A DNA stretch of 64,000 nucleotides from an uncultured Alphaproteobacteria bacterium (GTDB taxonomy: Bacteria; Pseudomonadota; Alphaproteobacteria; HIMB59; GCA-002718135): contig CACEMP010000007.1 in NCBI GenBank assembly GCA_902560675.1, positions 1,851-65,850 of the forward strand, written 5' to 3'. Positions 1 to 11,742 of this stretch are shown one piece after another; position 1 is the first letter of the stretch, and the number at the start of each line of letters is the position of its first letter. Under the pieces are notes generated by a model. It saw only the letters and a list, made by a program, of their open reading frames with translations, was not told the DNA's origin and ran no database searches. The position numbers and the translations under genes are program-made.

Positions 1-867
1 AGTTAATTTAATACCAATTTTTTCAAGACCCAGTCCTTCTGTGTTTGGTTTTCTTCCTACTGACATTAAAACTATTTCGAAGTTTTCTTTTATTTTCTTT
101 TTATCTGATGTTTCCATCTCAACATCTACACCAGACTTACCAGATTTTGCAGAACTCACTTTATGAGATAATTTAAATTCTAACCCTTGTTTAGTTAACA
201 TTTTCATAAACTCTTTTGCAATTTCACTATCCATAGTAGGAACAATTCTGTCAAGAGCTTCAACAACTGTTACCTTTGAGCCTAATCTACTCCATACTGA
301 CCCCATCTCTAATCCAATATATCCACCACCAATAACTAGGAGTGATTTTGGTATTTTAGATAGAGAAAGAGCACCTGTTGAAGATACTATTTTTTTCTCA
401 TCGACAGGAATATTTGGTATCTCAATCGAAGATGATCCTGTTGCGATAATAAAATTTTTAGCACTAGCAGTTATTTCATTTTTTCCATTTGTTATAGAAA
501 TAGTATTTTTATCTACAAATGAAGCCATGCCAGGAATATGAGTAATTTTATTTTTCTTAAATAAAAAACCAATTCCTGTTGTAAGTTTTTTTACAATCTT
601 AGTTTTGCGATCCATCAAAACATTTAGGTCTAAATCTATCTTTGATGTTTTTATACCATGCTCTGCAACATGATTTGAAATTTCAATAAATTTTTCAGAT
701 GAATTTAATAATGCTTTAGAAGGTATACATCCAATGTTCAAACAAGTTCCACCAAGTGATGGCTCTTTTTCTATACAAGCAACCTTCATTCCAAGTTGAG
801 CTGCTCTGATTGCAGCTACATATCCACCAGGTCCCGAACCAATTACTATTAAATCAAAATCTTCCAT
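1..867 (-). CDS. lpdA: dihydrolipoyl dehydrogenase (E3), 5' part only; the 3' end lies beyond the window start
   Basis: Not in the ORF track because it is open at the window edge. Own translation from ATG at 867 (minus): MEDFDLIVIGSGPGGYVAAIRAAQLGMKVACIEKEPSLGGTCLNIGCIPSKALL. This shows the FAD GxGxxG motif and the CLNxGC redox disulfide. It starts 1 nt after the sucB stop. Confidence 0.9.
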   Translation of the reverse strand, partial: MEDFDLIVIGSGPGGYVAAIRAAQLGMKVACIEKEPSLGGTCLNIGCIPSKALLNSSEKFIEISNHVAEHGIKTSKIDLDLNVLMDRKTKIVKKLTTGIGFLFKKNKITHIPGMASFVDKNTISITNGKNEITASAKNFIIATGSSSIEIPNIPVDEKKIVSSTGALSLSKIPKSLLVIGGGYIGLEMGSVWSRLGSKVTVVEALDRIVPTMDSEIAKEFMKMLTKQGLEFKLSHKVSSAKSGKSGVDVEMETSDKKKIKENFEIVLMSVGRKPNTEGLGLEKIGIKLT

Positions 868-868
868 T

Positions 869-2050
869 TTATATTCCTAATACTAATTCGGATGGATCTT
901 CTAAAAGTTCTTTAACCTTGACTAAAAATCCAACACTTTCTTTTCCATCAATAATTCTGTGATCATAACTTAATGCAACATACATCATTGGCCTAATTAC
1001 TATTTCATCATTTACAACTACTGCTCTTTTTTGAATATTATGCATCCCTAAAATTCCAGATTGAGGTCTATTGATTATTGGGGTGCTGAGCATTGATCCG
1101 TAAACGCCACCATTTGAAATTGTAAAAGTTCCACCAGTCAAATCGTCCATGGTCAATGTTCCATCTTTGGCTTTTGTACTAAGATCAATAATTTTAGTTT
1201 CTATTTCTCCAAAACTCAATTGATCGGCATTTTTAAGTATTGGTACGACTAATCCTTTTTCAGTTCCAACAGCTATACCAATATCAAAATGGTTTTTATA
1301 AATTATATTTTCATCTTTAATTTCAGCATTTACAGCTGGATACTCTTGCAAACTTTTTACTACAGCTTTTACAAAAAATGACATGAAACCTAATTTAACC
1401 TCATACCGACTTTGAAATTCTTGGTTTTTTGATTTTCTAATTTCCATAACTTTGGACATATCAATTTCATTAAAAGTTGTAAGTATGGCTGCTGTATTTT
1501 GAGCCTCCTTTAAGCGTTTAGATATTGTCTGTCTAATTTTAGACATTTTAATTACTTCTTCTCTTTCACCTTTGTTAGTGCTTGTTTTATTTGAAGAAGA
1601 AAGATGAGAAACTACATCCTCTTTATTAATTCTTCCATCAGAACGTGATGAGGTGACATCTTCTAGTTTAATATTATTTTCCTCAGCAATTTTTCTTGCA
1701 GATGGTGAAGATTTTTTGGGTGAAGACTCTATTTCAAGCTTTACTTCTTTTACTTCTTCTTTAACTTCTTCTTGTTTAGTTTCAGTTTTTTTAGGAGTTG
1801 GTTTTTTACCTTTAGATTCATCTAAGATTCCTAAAATACCACCAATTTCAACATCAGTTCCTTCAGAAACTTTTATTTCTTTCAGAGACCCAGCATGAGG
1901 GGCTGGTACTTCAACTGTAATTTTGTCAGTTTCAATTTCAACTAAAGGTTCATCTGCTTCAAAATTATCGCCTATATTCTTAAGCCATTTTGAAACAGTT
2001 GCTTCTGTAATTGACTCTCCGAGTGTTGGAACTATTAATTCAGTGCTCAT
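869..2050 (-). CDS. sucB: dihydrolipoamide succinyltransferase (E2 of 2-oxoglutarate dehydrogenase)
   Basis: N-terminal lipoyl domain (ETDKITVEV), Lys/Glu/Pro linker, C-terminal catalytic [11 protein letters not shown] motif. ATG start verified. Confidence 0.95.
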   Translation of the reverse strand: MSTELIVPTLGESITEATVSKWLKNIGDNFEADEPLVEIETDKITVEVPAPHAGSLKEIKVSEGTDVEIGGILGILDESKGKKPTPKKTETKQEEVKEEVKEVKLEIESSPKKSSPSARKIAEENNIKLEDVTSSRSDGRINKEDVVSHLSSSNKTSTNKGEREEVIKMSKIRQTISKRLKEAQNTAAILTTFNEIDMSKVMEIRKSKNQEFQSRYEVKLGFMSFFVKAVVKSLQEYPAVNAEIKDENIIYKNHFDIGIAVGTEKGLVVPILKNADQLSFGEIETKIIDLSTKAKDGTLTMDDLTGGTFTISNGGVYGSMLSTPIINRPQSGILGMHNIQKRAVVVNDEIVIRPMMYVALSYDHRIIDGKESVGFLVKVKELLEDPSELVLGI

Positions 2051-2081
2051 TAATTAAATGCTTAATAACATTTACGTCAAT

Positions 2082-4985
2082 TTATTCAATTGGCAGATTA
2101 GTCTTTAATTTTGTTGAAATACCTGCCCAAGATTTGATAATTTTGTTAATTGTTTCTTCAGTTGCCATTTTTATGATAGTTTCTTGGTTACTTAAGTGTC
2201 TTTCTAAAGAACCAGCGGCAGGAGATGCTGCTGGACTTCTGCCAACATAGAATATTTTTTCTTGTTTAACTTTGGCTTCCTGCATAACACTTTCCAATCT
2301 ACCTTTCACAAAACCCCAGGCACCCATATTTTTTGGCTCTTCTTGTGCCCAGATAATTTCAGCATCCGTATAATATTTTAATTCATCTCTAAAATTTTCA
2401 TAAGGAAATGGATAAATCTGCTCCAATCTTATTATGGAGAGGTTATTAATTTTATTTTTTGCTATGTGATCTGCAAGTTCAAAATATATTTTACCAGAAC
2501 AAATTATTAATCTTTTATTTTTCCTTTTTTCTTTAACAGATAATTTATCAGTAAGAATTCTATGAAAAGTTGAACCATTAATATAATTCTCAATATTAGA
2601 AACATTAGATTTATGTCTAAGTGTAGATTTTGGTGTAAATATAATTAGAGGTTTCCTAAAATTTCTATGTAGTTGTCTTCTTAAAACATGAAAATAATTA
2701 GCAGGACTTGTGCAATTAACAATTTGCATATTATCTTCTGCACACATCTGTAAAAATCTTTCTAATCTTCCACTTGTATGCTCGGGACCTTGGCCCTCAT
2801 GTCCATGAGGAAGAAGCATTGTTAAACCAGACATTCTCAACCATTTTCTTTCTCCAGAAGTAATGAATTGATCAATCATAATTTGTGCACCATTTGCAAA
2901 ATCTCCAAACTGCGCTTCCCATATTACAAGTGTCTTAGGATCAACTTGTGAATATCCATATTCAAAACCAAGAACACCAAACTCAGATAAAAAACTATCT
3001 ATAATTTCAAAGTAACCTTGATTTTTTTGAAAGTGTCTCAATGGAACAAAACGATTTTCGTTTTCTTGATCGTATAGTACACCATGTCTATGACTAAATG
3101 TTCCCCTTCCAACATCCTGTCCAGATATTCGAACACCGTATCCCTCATCTAAAAGAGTTGCTAAAGCTAAACTTTCAGAGGTCGCCCAATCAATACCTTT
3201 GCCGTTGATGACACTTGCTAATCTGTCTCCATAAATTTTTTTTATTCTTTTATGAGCATTGAAATCTGCTGGTATTTCATGAATTTTTTTTGCTACATTA
3301 ATTAATGTTTTTTCTTTTACAGAAGTTTTTCCCCTTCTCGCATCAAATGTTGCAGTAGATAAACCTGTCCAAGTTCCCTCTAACCAATCTACTTTATTTG
3401 GCTTATAATTCTTAGTTGATTCAAATTCTTTATCCAAAAAATTTTTAAAAGAATCTACAATGTCTTTGGATTCTTCTTCTGAAAGAGTATTATTCTCAAT
3501 TAATTTTTTTTCATATTTTTTTCTTGTTGTGATTTGTTTCTTGATAGCCTTATACATAAGTGGCTGAGTGAAAGAAGGTTCATCAGCTTCATTATGTCCT
3601 GATCTTCTGTAACAAAACATATCTACAACAACATCGACTTTAAATTTATTTCTAAATTCTGTTGCAAGTCTACAAACATGAACCACTGCTTCTGGGTCAT
3701 CACCATTAACATGAAATATTGGTGCTTGAACCATTTTTGCAATTTCAGTACAATAAGGGGCTGATCGTCCATACTGTGGCATTGTAGTAAAACCTATCTG
3801 ATTGTTAATTACAAAGTGAATAGTGCCACCAGTTTTAAACCCTCTTAATTGTGACATAGCAAATGTTTCAGCTACTACTCCTTGTCCAGCTATTGCTGCA
3901 TCTCCATGAATTAATAAACCGATAACTTTATCAGTTGTTTTATCTTTTGCTAAAGTTTGTTTAGCTCTTACTTTTCCTGCTACGACTGGGTTAACTGCTT
4001 CTAAATGAGAAGGGTTAGAAGTGAGCGATAAATGAATTTTCTTTTTTTCAAATTCACGATCAGCAGAAACTCCTAAATGATATTTTACATCACCTGAACC
4101 AAGTACCTCATTTGGGTCATTTAAAGAACCTTGGAATTTTGATAATATTTTTTTGTAAGGCATTTCTAAAACACTTGATAGAAGTGTTAATCTACCTCGA
4201 TGAGCTGTTCCAATAATAATATCTTCAATTCCAGACAAACATGCCTGTTTAACAATTTGTTCTATCCCAGGTATCATCGCTTCTCCACCTTCGATACCGT
4301 ATCTCTTTGTACCTAAAAACTTTTTATCTAAAAACTGTTCAAATAGTTCTGATTCAACTAATCTTTTGTAGATTGCTTTTTTTCCTTCATTTGTAAAATT
4401 TGTTTTATTTCTTACTTCTTCAATTCTTTCTTGCACCCATTGTTTTTGATCAGCTTGTTGTATATGTAAAAATTCAACACCAATTGAAGCAGAATAGGTT
4501 TCTTTTAATATTTTAATAATATTTTTTAATTTACCCTTTTCTAAACCCAAACTTCCATCAATAAATATTTCTTTTTCTAAATCTGATTCATTGAAGCCAT
4601 AGCTTTTATAATCTAATTCTTGAGGATACTCTCTTTTAGATATTCCTAAGGGGTCAAGATCTGCAATTAAATGTCCGTTAATTCTAAAAGCTCTAATTAA
4701 TCTTAATGCTCTAATTGAATCTAAGGTTGATATTCTAAATTCCTCAGAATTGTAATTCGCATTTGATTTTATAACCTTAGTTATGTAATTTTTATCAATT
4801 ATACTTGATGGACGTTTTTTCCATTCTGGTCCTCCAAAATCTTTAAGAACAGAGTAGTCATCTTCATTTAAATTATTAAAAAAATCTTTCCAAGTTGTAT
4901 CAACACTTTCAGGGTCATTTCTAAATTTAGAATACAGTTCGGCCACATATGGCGCATTAGCACTATTTAAGAAAGTATCATTCAT
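2082..4985 (-). CDS. sucA: 2-oxoglutarate dehydrogenase E1 component
   Basis: 967 aa with a typical OGDH E1 N-terminus (FLNSANAPYVAELY) and ThDP-binding region (HGDAAIAGQGVV). Lies between sucD and sucB. Confidence 0.95.
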   Translation of the reverse strand: MNDTFLNSANAPYVAELYSKFRNDPESVDTTWKDFFNNLNEDDYSVLKDFGGPEWKKRPSSIIDKNYITKVIKSNANYNSEEFRISTLDSIRALRLIRAFRINGHLIADLDPLGISKREYPQELDYKSYGFNESDLEKEIFIDGSLGLEKGKLKNIIKILKETYSASIGVEFLHIQQADQKQWVQERIEEVRNKTNFTNEGKKAIYKRLVESELFEQFLDKKFLGTKRYGIEGGEAMIPGIEQIVKQACLSGIEDIIIGTAHRGRLTLLSSVLEMPYKKILSKFQGSLNDPNEVLGSGDVKYHLGVSADREFEKKKIHLSLTSNPSHLEAVNPVVAGKVRAKQTLAKDKTTDKVIGLLIHGDAAIAGQGVVAETFAMSQLRGFKTGGTIHFVINNQIGFTTMPQYGRSAPYCTEIAKMVQAPIFHVNGDDPEAVVHVCRLATEFRNKFKVDVVVDMFCYRRSGHNEADEPSFTQPLMYKAIKKQITTRKKYEKKLIENNTLSEEESKDIVDSFKNFLDKEFESTKNYKPNKVDWLEGTWTGLSTATFDARRGKTSVKEKTLINVAKKIHEIPADFNAHKRIKKIYGDRLASVINGKGIDWATSESLALATLLDEGYGVRISGQDVGRGTFSHRHGVLYDQENENRFVPLRHFQKNQGYFEIIDSFLSEFGVLGFEYGYSQVDPKTLVIWEAQFGDFANGAQIMIDQFITSGERKWLRMSGLTMLLPHGHEGQGPEHTSGRLERFLQMCAEDNMQIVNCTSPANYFHVLRRQLHRNFRKPLIIFTPKSTLRHKSNVSNIENYINGSTFHRILTDKLSVKEKRKNKRLIICSGKIYFELADHIAKNKINNLSIIRLEQIYPFPYENFRDELKYYTDAEIIWAQEEPKNMGAWGFVKGRLESVMQEAKVKQEKIFYVGRSPAASPAAGSLERHLSNQETIIKMATEETINKIIKSWAGISTKLKTNLPIE

Positions 4986-5036
4986 AGATTTCTATTAAAC
5001 TAAAATCATTTCGCATAACAATCATACTAATGGAAA

Positions 5037-5921
5037 CTAATTATTCCCATTTTGCATTGCTAATTTCATAGTTTTTCCTAACGATGCCGGGGATTTTGAC
5101 ACCAAAACTCCAGCATTTTCTAAAGATTTAATTTTGGAATGTGCTGTACCTTTTGAGCCTGAAACGATAGCACCTGCATGACCCATACGTTTTCCTTTTG
5201 GTGCCGATTGTCCAGCTATAAATGCTGAAACTGGTTTTTTTCTTTTTGAACTTGAAATAAATTCTGCTGCATCTTCTTCTTCCTCACCACCAATTTCGCC
5301 AATCATTAAAATTCCCTCAGTCTCATCGTCTTCTAAAAATAACTTTATACAATCTACAAAATCCATACCATGTATTGGATCTCCACCAATACCAACGCAT
5401 GTTGATTGACCTAATCCTACCTCTGTTGTCTGTGCAACAGCTTCATAAGTTAATGTTCCTGATCTACTTACTATTCCTATTTTACCTTTTTTATGGATGA
5501 AGCCAGGCATGATTCCGATCTTGCATTCGGAAGGTGTGATTAATCCTGGACAGTTTGGTCCAATTAAATATGTTTTATTTTTAATAATTCTTTTTTTTAT
5601 ATCAATCATATCTAAGACTGGAATACCTTCTGTAATACAAACAATTAATTCAATATTTGCATCTAAAGCCTCATGGATTGCTTTAGCAGCAAACTTAGCA
5701 GGAACATAGATAACTGTTGCATTTGCTTCAGTTTGTTTCACTGCATCGGCAACAGTATTAAAAACCGGTAAATTTAAATGGGTTTGACCTCCTTTTCCAG
5801 GCGTGACACCACCAACAAGATTTGTACCATATGCTATAGCTTGTTCAGAATGATATGTTCCTTGTGAACCGGTAAAGCCTTGGCAAATAAGTCTTGTATT
5901 TTTATTAACTAAAATTGACAC
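5037..5921 (-). CDS. sucD: succinyl-CoA synthetase alpha subunit
   Basis: Shows the CoA-binding [11 protein letters not shown] motif and the phosphohistidine loop MGHAGAI. GTG start shares 1 nt with the sucC stop (TAGTG). Confidence 0.95.
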   Translation of the reverse strand: MSILVNKNTRLICQGFTGSQGTYHSEQAIAYGTNLVGGVTPGKGGQTHLNLPVFNTVADAVKQTEANATVIYVPAKFAAKAIHEALDANIELIVCITEGIPVLDMIDIKKRIIKNKTYLIGPNCPGLITPSECKIGIMPGFIHKKGKIGIVSRSGTLTYEAVAQTTEVGLGQSTCVGIGGDPIHGMDFVDCIKLFLEDDETEGILMIGEIGGEEEEDAAEFISSSKRKKPVSAFIAGQSAPKGKRMGHAGAIVSGSKGTAHSKIKSLENAGVLVSKSPASLGKTMKLAMQNGNN

Positions 5922-7105
5922 TATTCTGATAACTCCACAGCTTTCTGAGCTGCATTTGCAAAATCATCAATTGAAATTAATCCTAATGATGAATTATTTA
6001 TAATATCTCTTCCTTCTTTAGAATTTGTTCCTTGAAAACGTACAACAACAGGAAGTTTAAATTTTAATTCTTTAATTGCATCTATGATGCCATTAGCAAT
6101 CATATCACAATGGATAATCCCTCCAAAAATATTTATGAAGACTGATTTCACGTTTTTATCAGATTGAATTATCTTAAACGCTTTAATGGCTCTTTCTTTA
6201 TTTGCTGTACCCCCTAAATCTAAAAAATTTGCTGGCTCCATTCCAAATTGTTTAATAATATCCATAGTTGCCATAGCCAGCCCAGCTCCATTAACCATAC
6301 AGCCTATTTTTCCATCCAGCTTAATGTAAGCCATATCATTTTCAGAGGCTTCAAGTTCTAAATCATTTTCTTCTGAAGTATCTTTTAATTTTTCAATGTC
6401 AGCTTGTCTGTAAATAGCATTATCATCAATATTAATTTTAGCGTCTAAAAGAATTAGTTTTTCTTCTTTTGTTACAACAAGAGGATTAATTTCAATTAAA
6501 GAAGCATCTATTGCTACATAAGCCTTACATAAATTTGAAACAATTTCTTTAAATTGTTTAAACTCATTAATAGAAAAATTTAATTTATTTTGAAGACTTT
6601 CACTAATTGTAAAATCTTCTAAGTTATCAAAATAAACATATTGAATTCTTTCTGGTGTTTTTTCAGCTACATCTTCTATGTCTACACCACCGGCATCAGA
6701 TATCATCATCATTAATTTTGATTGATTCCTATCAAGAAGGATACTTAAATAATATTCCCTATCAATTTCACATCCTGCTTCTATGTAAATCCTATTTACT
6801 AACTTTCCTTCATTTCCTGTTTGTTTTGTAATCAATATATTACCCATCATTCCTTTTGCAATCTTTTGAGCATCATCAATTGTTTCTGCAATTTGTACTC
6901 CACCTTTTGTATTAAATGGTTTTAAAAATTTACCTGCTCCTCTTCCTCCAGCATGTATCTGTGATTTAATCACCCATGGTGGTCCTTTGATATTTAGTAA
7001 ATCTTTTTCTAAATCGTCAACATTTTCTATGTAAATCTTACCTTCAAGTATAGGTAGATTGTACTTTCTTAGTAGGTCTTTAGCTTGATATTCATGCAAA
7101 TTCAT
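5921..7105 (-). CDS. sucC: succinyl-CoA synthetase beta subunit
   Basis: [13 protein letters not shown]-terminus, ATP-grasp fold and C-terminal ligase-CoA domain. Confidence 0.95.
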   Translation of the reverse strand: MNLHEYQAKDLLRKYNLPILEGKIYIENVDDLEKDLLNIKGPPWVIKSQIHAGGRGAGKFLKPFNTKGGVQIAETIDDAQKIAKGMMGNILITKQTGNEGKLVNRIYIEAGCEIDREYYLSILLDRNQSKLMMMISDAGGVDIEDVAEKTPERIQYVYFDNLEDFTISESLQNKLNFSINEFKQFKEIVSNLCKAYVAIDASLIEINPLVVTKEEKLILLDAKINIDDNAIYRQADIEKLKDTSEENDLELEASENDMAYIKLDGKIGCMVNGAGLAMATMDIIKQFGMEPANFLDLGGTANKERAIKAFKIIQSDKNVKSVFINIFGGIIHCDMIANGIIDAIKELKFKLPVVVRFQGTNSKEGRDIINNSSLGLISIDDFANAAQKAVELSE

Positions 7106-7146
7106 TTTGATAAGAAGGTAATAATTAGATTAGATGAAAAATACAA

Positions 7147-8109
<963 letters not shown>

Positions 8110-8127
8110 TTAAGTTTTATACTTTAA

Positions 8128-8916
8128 TTACAATTCTGTAACAATAGCCTTTTTAAGTCCAGCAATTTCTTTGGCTGGATTTAGACCTTTAGGACAAGAC
8201 CTGGTACAATTCATTATTGAATGACATCTATAAAGTTTTAACGAATCATTTATTGCTTTTAATCTGTCTTTTCTTTCTGAGTCTCTAGAGTCACTTACCC
8301 ATCTTGCTGCTTGTAAAAGGACTGCAGGTCCTAGATATTCATCTCCATTCCACCAATAACTTGGGCAAGAAGTAGTGCAGCAAAAACATAATACACACTC
8401 CCATTTACCATCTAGTTTTTCTCTATCTTTTGGTGATTGTTTTTTTTCGTCTCCTGAGTTTTTTTCTTCTTTTGTTTTTTCACGCTGCAACCAAGGTTTA
8501 ATGGAAGCCAGTTGCTCATAAGCCTTACTAAGATCTGGAACTAAATCTTTTACTACACGCATATGTGGAAGAGGGTAAATTTTTATTTCATTCTTAACAT
8601 CAGACATACTTTTCAAACATGCTAATGTGTTAATACCATCAATATTCATAGCACAGGAACCACAAACTCCTTCTCTGCAAGATCTTCTAAATGTTAAAGT
8701 TGGATCAATTTCGTTTTTTATTTTCATGAGTGCGTCTAATACCATTGGACCACACTTTTCTTGATCTATCTCATAATTATCTATCCTAGGATTTTTATCA
8801 TCTTCGGGATCCCATCTGTAGATTGCAAGTTTCTTTGGATCGTTTGCAGGTTCTTTTAGTTGGTGAGTTTTCCCTTTAGTTATTTTTGAATTTGCAGGAA
8901 GTGTAAACTGAGCCAT
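8128..8916 (-). CDS. sdhB: succinate dehydrogenase iron-sulfur subunit
   Basis: Three Cys clusters: [39 protein letters not shown]. Start overlaps the sdhA stop (TAATG). Confidence 0.96.
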   Translation of the reverse strand: MAQFTLPANSKITKGKTHQLKEPANDPKKLAIYRWDPEDDKNPRIDNYEIDQEKCGPMVLDALMKIKNEIDPTLTFRRSCREGVCGSCAMNIDGINTLACLKSMSDVKNEIKIYPLPHMRVVKDLVPDLSKAYEQLASIKPWLQREKTKEEKNSGDEKKQSPKDREKLDGKWECVLCFCCTTSCPSYWWNGDEYLGPAVLLQAARWVSDSRDSERKDRLKAINDSLKLYRCHSIMNCTRSCPKGLNPAKEIAGLKKAIVTEL

Positions 8917-10709
8917 TAGTAAACTCTTCTTTTAGGTGGTATTGGCTGAATATGATTAGTTAGAGTATTCATATGAACACCTCTGGAACCCATACTCACA
9001 TCTCCCTTATCGTTTAACCAGGCTAAAGAGTGAACTAACCAATTATTATCATCTCTTTCTTTATAATCTTCTCTTGCATGTGCGCCTCTACTTTCAGTTC
9101 GATTTAACGCAGAATAAAGAGTAACTTTTGATTGTGCCATTAAATTGTGTAACTCTAAAGCTTCGACCAAGTCCGTATTAAAGATTAATGATTTGTCTTT
9201 AATGTCCATGTCATCCATTGAACTCTCAACTTTTGAATATTCTTCAATACCTTTTGATATGAGATCATGTGTTCTAAATACTGCGCATTTTTGCTGCATT
9301 ATATGTTGCATGGAAGTACGAAGTTCTCCAGTTGTAGAGTTTCCTTTGCTGTTTCTAATCTTATCAAATCGCTCAATAATATTATCTGTTTTTGATTTAC
9401 TAATTTCAATTTTTTTAGAATTTGGTTTTACTTTTTCTTTACATGTTAGACTCGCTGCTTTGCCAAAAACAACAAGATCGATTAATGAATTTGTTCCTAA
9501 TCTATTAGCACCGTGTACGGAAACACATGCAGCCTCACCAACAGCCATTAAACCTTCACATACATTATCTGGATTTTCATTTGTTGGCCTTAGAACCTCT
9601 GTTCTATAATTTGTCGGTATACCACCCATATTATAATGAACCGTTGGAAGAACTGGTATTGGATCTCTTGTCAGATCAACTCCGGCAAATATTTTTGCAG
9701 TTTCTGAAATACCAGGCAATCTTTTATGTAATGTATCAGCATCAATGTGCTCAAGATGAAGTAGCACATGATCGGCATTATCTCCACAACCTCTTTTTTC
9801 ACTAATTTCAATAGTCATTGCTCGGCTTACTACATCCCTTGATGCTAGATCTTTTGCATTTGGAGCATATCTTTCCATAAATCTTTCACCATCACTATTA
9901 GTTAAATATCCACCTTCTCCTCTTGCTCCCTCAGTGATTAACACTCCTGCACCGTAAACTCCTGTTGGATGGAACTGAATAAACTCCATATCAGAAAGAG
10001 GTAGGTTTTGTCTTAAAGCCATTGCACTACCGTCACCAGTACAAATGTGCGCACTCGTGGATGAGAAGTAAGCTCTTCCATATCCACCAGTAGCTAGAAT
10101 TGTTTGATGAGATAAAAATCGATGGATTGATCCATCCTCTAAGCACCATGTTACCACTCCAATGCAATTACCTTGATCATCAGAAATTAAATCTAAAACA
10201 AAATATTCAATATAAAATTCTACATTATTTTTAAGTGATTGCTGATAAAGTGTATGGAGTAAGGCATGTCCCGTTCTATCAGCTGCTGCACAAGCTCTCA
10301 TAGCAGGAGCTCCCTCACCATTATTGGTTAAGTGTCCGCCAAAAGGTCTTTGATAGATCTTGCCATCATCTGTTCTACTAAAAGGCATGCCATATTCTTC
10401 AAGTTCAATTACTGCTTCAGGGGCTTTAGAACATAAATATTCAATTGCATCTTGATCACCAAGCCAGTCGGAACCCTTAACTGTATCATACATGTGCCAC
10501 TTCCAATTATCTTCACCCATATTACCTAAAGCTGCTCCAATTCCACCTTGTGCCGCAACAGTATGACTTCTTGTCGGAAACACTTTTGATATACAGGCTG
10601 TTTTTAATCCAGCTTCAGCACATCCAAGCGTAGCTCTCAGTCCTGATCCTCCAGCTCCAACAACTACAACATCATAATGGTGATCAATAATTTTGTATGA
10701 ATTAGTCAT
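8916..10709 (-). CDS. sdhA: succinate dehydrogenase flavoprotein subunit
   Basis: FAD motif [14 protein letters not shown] and covalent-FAD His region [10 protein letters not shown]. 597 aa. Confidence 0.96.
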   Translation of the reverse strand: MTNSYKIIDHHYDVVVVGAGGSGLRATLGCAEAGLKTACISKVFPTRSHTVAAQGGIGAALGNMGEDNWKWHMYDTVKGSDWLGDQDAIEYLCSKAPEAVIELEEYGMPFSRTDDGKIYQRPFGGHLTNNGEGAPAMRACAAADRTGHALLHTLYQQSLKNNVEFYIEYFVLDLISDDQGNCIGVVTWCLEDGSIHRFLSHQTILATGGYGRAYFSSTSAHICTGDGSAMALRQNLPLSDMEFIQFHPTGVYGAGVLITEGARGEGGYLTNSDGERFMERYAPNAKDLASRDVVSRAMTIEISEKRGCGDNADHVLLHLEHIDADTLHKRLPGISETAKIFAGVDLTRDPIPVLPTVHYNMGGIPTNYRTEVLRPTNENPDNVCEGLMAVGEAACVSVHGANRLGTNSLIDLVVFGKAASLTCKEKVKPNSKKIEISKSKTDNIIERFDKIRNSKGNSTTGELRTSMQHIMQQKCAVFRTHDLISKGIEEYSKVESSMDDMDIKDKSLIFNTDLVEALELHNLMAQSKVTLYSALNRTESRGAHAREDYKERDDNNWLVHSLAWLNDKGDVSMGSRGVHMNTLTNHIQPIPPKRRVY

Positions 10710-11039
10710 CTAAAAAACCATTCTCATTAAGTTGACAGTAATTAAAATCATAATAAAATATATAAGATAATTTATTGATACTTTAATGAATTTGGCTGTC
10801 TTTTTCGATGTGACATAATCTTCAATAATTGTTTGCAGTCCTAATTTTGAATGCAGAAGCATAGATTGCATCATCACAAAAAATAAGAATGCATTAAAAT
10901 AGGATTGAAAAAAAATTTCAATTTCAGAATAAGTCATCTTTGATAAAGATATTGCAGAGTATATAAACCAAAACGTCAATGGTATTAAAATTGAGGCAGT
11001 GATTCTTTGAGTTAACCATTTAAGAGCATAATTTTTCAT
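10710..11039 (-). CDS. sdhD: succinate dehydrogenase membrane anchor subunit
   Basis: 109-aa protein with three TM segments, directly between sdhC and sdhA. ATGA overlap with the sdhC stop. Confidence 0.8.
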   Translation of the reverse strand: MKNYALKWLTQRITASILIPLTFWFIYSAISLSKMTYSEIEIFFQSYFNAFLFFVMMQSMLLHSKLGLQTIIEDYVTSKKTAKFIKVSINYLIYFIMILITVNLMRMVF

Positions 11040-11416
11040 GCAAAATACCAGACAACTAAACTAGAAATTAAAGTTAAACATACAACAGCGTAACCAGATT
11101 TATATACTTGAGATAATTCCATTCCAATACCGAATGACCAATATAGTTTTCTACATCCATTAAATAAATGATAAAAAATACCAACAGTCCAAATCATTAG
11201 AACTAGTTTAAACACAATACTCTTAGATAGAGTTTCAAAATAAATATAAAATTCAGGACCAAAACTAATCAAAAAAAACCAAATTGAAATTAATAGTGCG
11301 CCCACACTTAATCCTATTCCTGATATCCTATGAAAAATTGAAAATACTGCTGTAAGTACTCTTTTGTGAATAGATAAGTGAGGTGATAATGGTCTATTAT
11401 CCGACATTTTTTTCAT
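11036..11416 (-). CDS. sdhC: succinate dehydrogenase cytochrome b556 subunit
   Basis: Conserved RPLSPHLSIHK N-terminal motif and three TM segments. The track ORF extends to 11458. I prefer ATG at 11416 (MKKMSDNRPLSPHL), which follows an AGGA. ATG at 11407 is also possible. Confidence 0.85.
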   Translation of the reverse strand: MKKMSDNRPLSPHLSIHKRVLTAVFSIFHRISGIGLSVGALLISIWFFLISFGPEFYIYFETLSKSIVFKLVLMIWTVGIFYHLFNGCRKLYWSFGIGMELSQVYKSGYAVVCLTLISSLVVWYFA

Positions 11417-11608
11417 TTTTTTATCATTCCTAAGTAAGTATTTTTTGTTAAATTTCAAAATATTAATGGTTTAGTTTTTTTTCTTACTATCATGGAAGTT
11501 CATAAAATGTTGATAAAAAGTGCCACATTTTATAAAAATCGACCAAATTTAATGCGAAATTTTACTAAAAATCTTGAATTATATATAGATAGATATTACT
11601 CTTAATAA

Positions 11609-11742
11609 GCCGGATAATACTCGTTTCTTAGCTTCGGAGGAACGCCAAGAATTTTAATTATCTTACCCGCCGTTTGATAATTATTTGAGTTTCTTTTTCT
11701 AGAGAGGTGTCTGCCAAGGTACAAACTAGTTTAGAGTCCGGC
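11609..11742. ncRNA. candidate structured RNA or regulatory element of unknown class (GC-rich island closed by a 6-bp helix)
   Basis: GCCGGA (11609-14) pairs with UCCGGC (11737-42). CUC (11620-22) pairs with GAG (11734-36). Hairpin GUUUCU (11623-28)/AGGAAC (11638-43) encloses a C-UUCG-G loop. GUUUG (11672-76) pairs with CAAAC (11722-26). Two GCCAAG copies at 11644-49 and 11713-18. The element is clearly more GC-rich than its flanks. Strand is undetermined. Confidence 0.35.

Noticed and set aside
9145-9805. Track ORFs antisense to sdhA (154 aa and 92 aa).

The same class of antisense or out-of-frame ORFs occurs at 1653-1898, 2011-2250, 5497-5709, 12982-13167, 13677-13919, 18212-18658, 19391-20017, 20616-20840, 21685-21891, 23383-23850, 24187-24396, 24877-25083, 25926-26213, 32202-32399, 35160-35612, 35860-36096, 41067-41431, 44570-44773, 45338-45692, 46949-47173, 49151-49354, 49989-50213, 50860-51042, 52270-52482, 53702-53965, 54923-55144 and 61880-62244.
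   Set aside because: Each lies inside, and mostly antisense to, a long ORF with unambiguous family motifs. Their products are low-complexity Ser/Leu/Ile/Phe-rich mirror translations without motifs or ribosome-binding sites.
11502-11533. 9-bp inverted repeat ATAAAATGT-N14-ACATTTTAT upstream of sdhC, considered as a Fur/Irr-type operator.
   Set aside because: It is purely AT-rich and does not match the Fur or Irr box consensus as I recall them. The expectation of chance occurrence is high in this composition.
11492-11605. 37-aa plus-strand ORF (MEVHKMLIKSATFYKNRPNLMRNFTKNLELYIDRYYS) in the sdhC upstream gap.
   Set aside because: It has no Shine-Dalgarno sequence and its composition is typical of translated AT-rich spacer. 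It lies antisense to the expected sdhC leader. There is no supporting signal.
11609-11742. Tried to assign the GC-rich element to a known class: SRP 4.5S RNA, glycine riboswitch, ykkC/guanidine riboswitches, fluoride riboswitch, RNase P P4 or tmRNA.
   Set aside because: There are only short partial resemblances, such as GGAGGAACGCCAAG versus the SRP GGAAGCAGCCAAGG, and ACGGCGGG versus the ykkC core. The defining motifs and overall architecture are absent: no long SRP hairpin with a GNRA apex, no CACCGAAGGGGCAA, and no tRNA-like end. I therefore make no class assignment.
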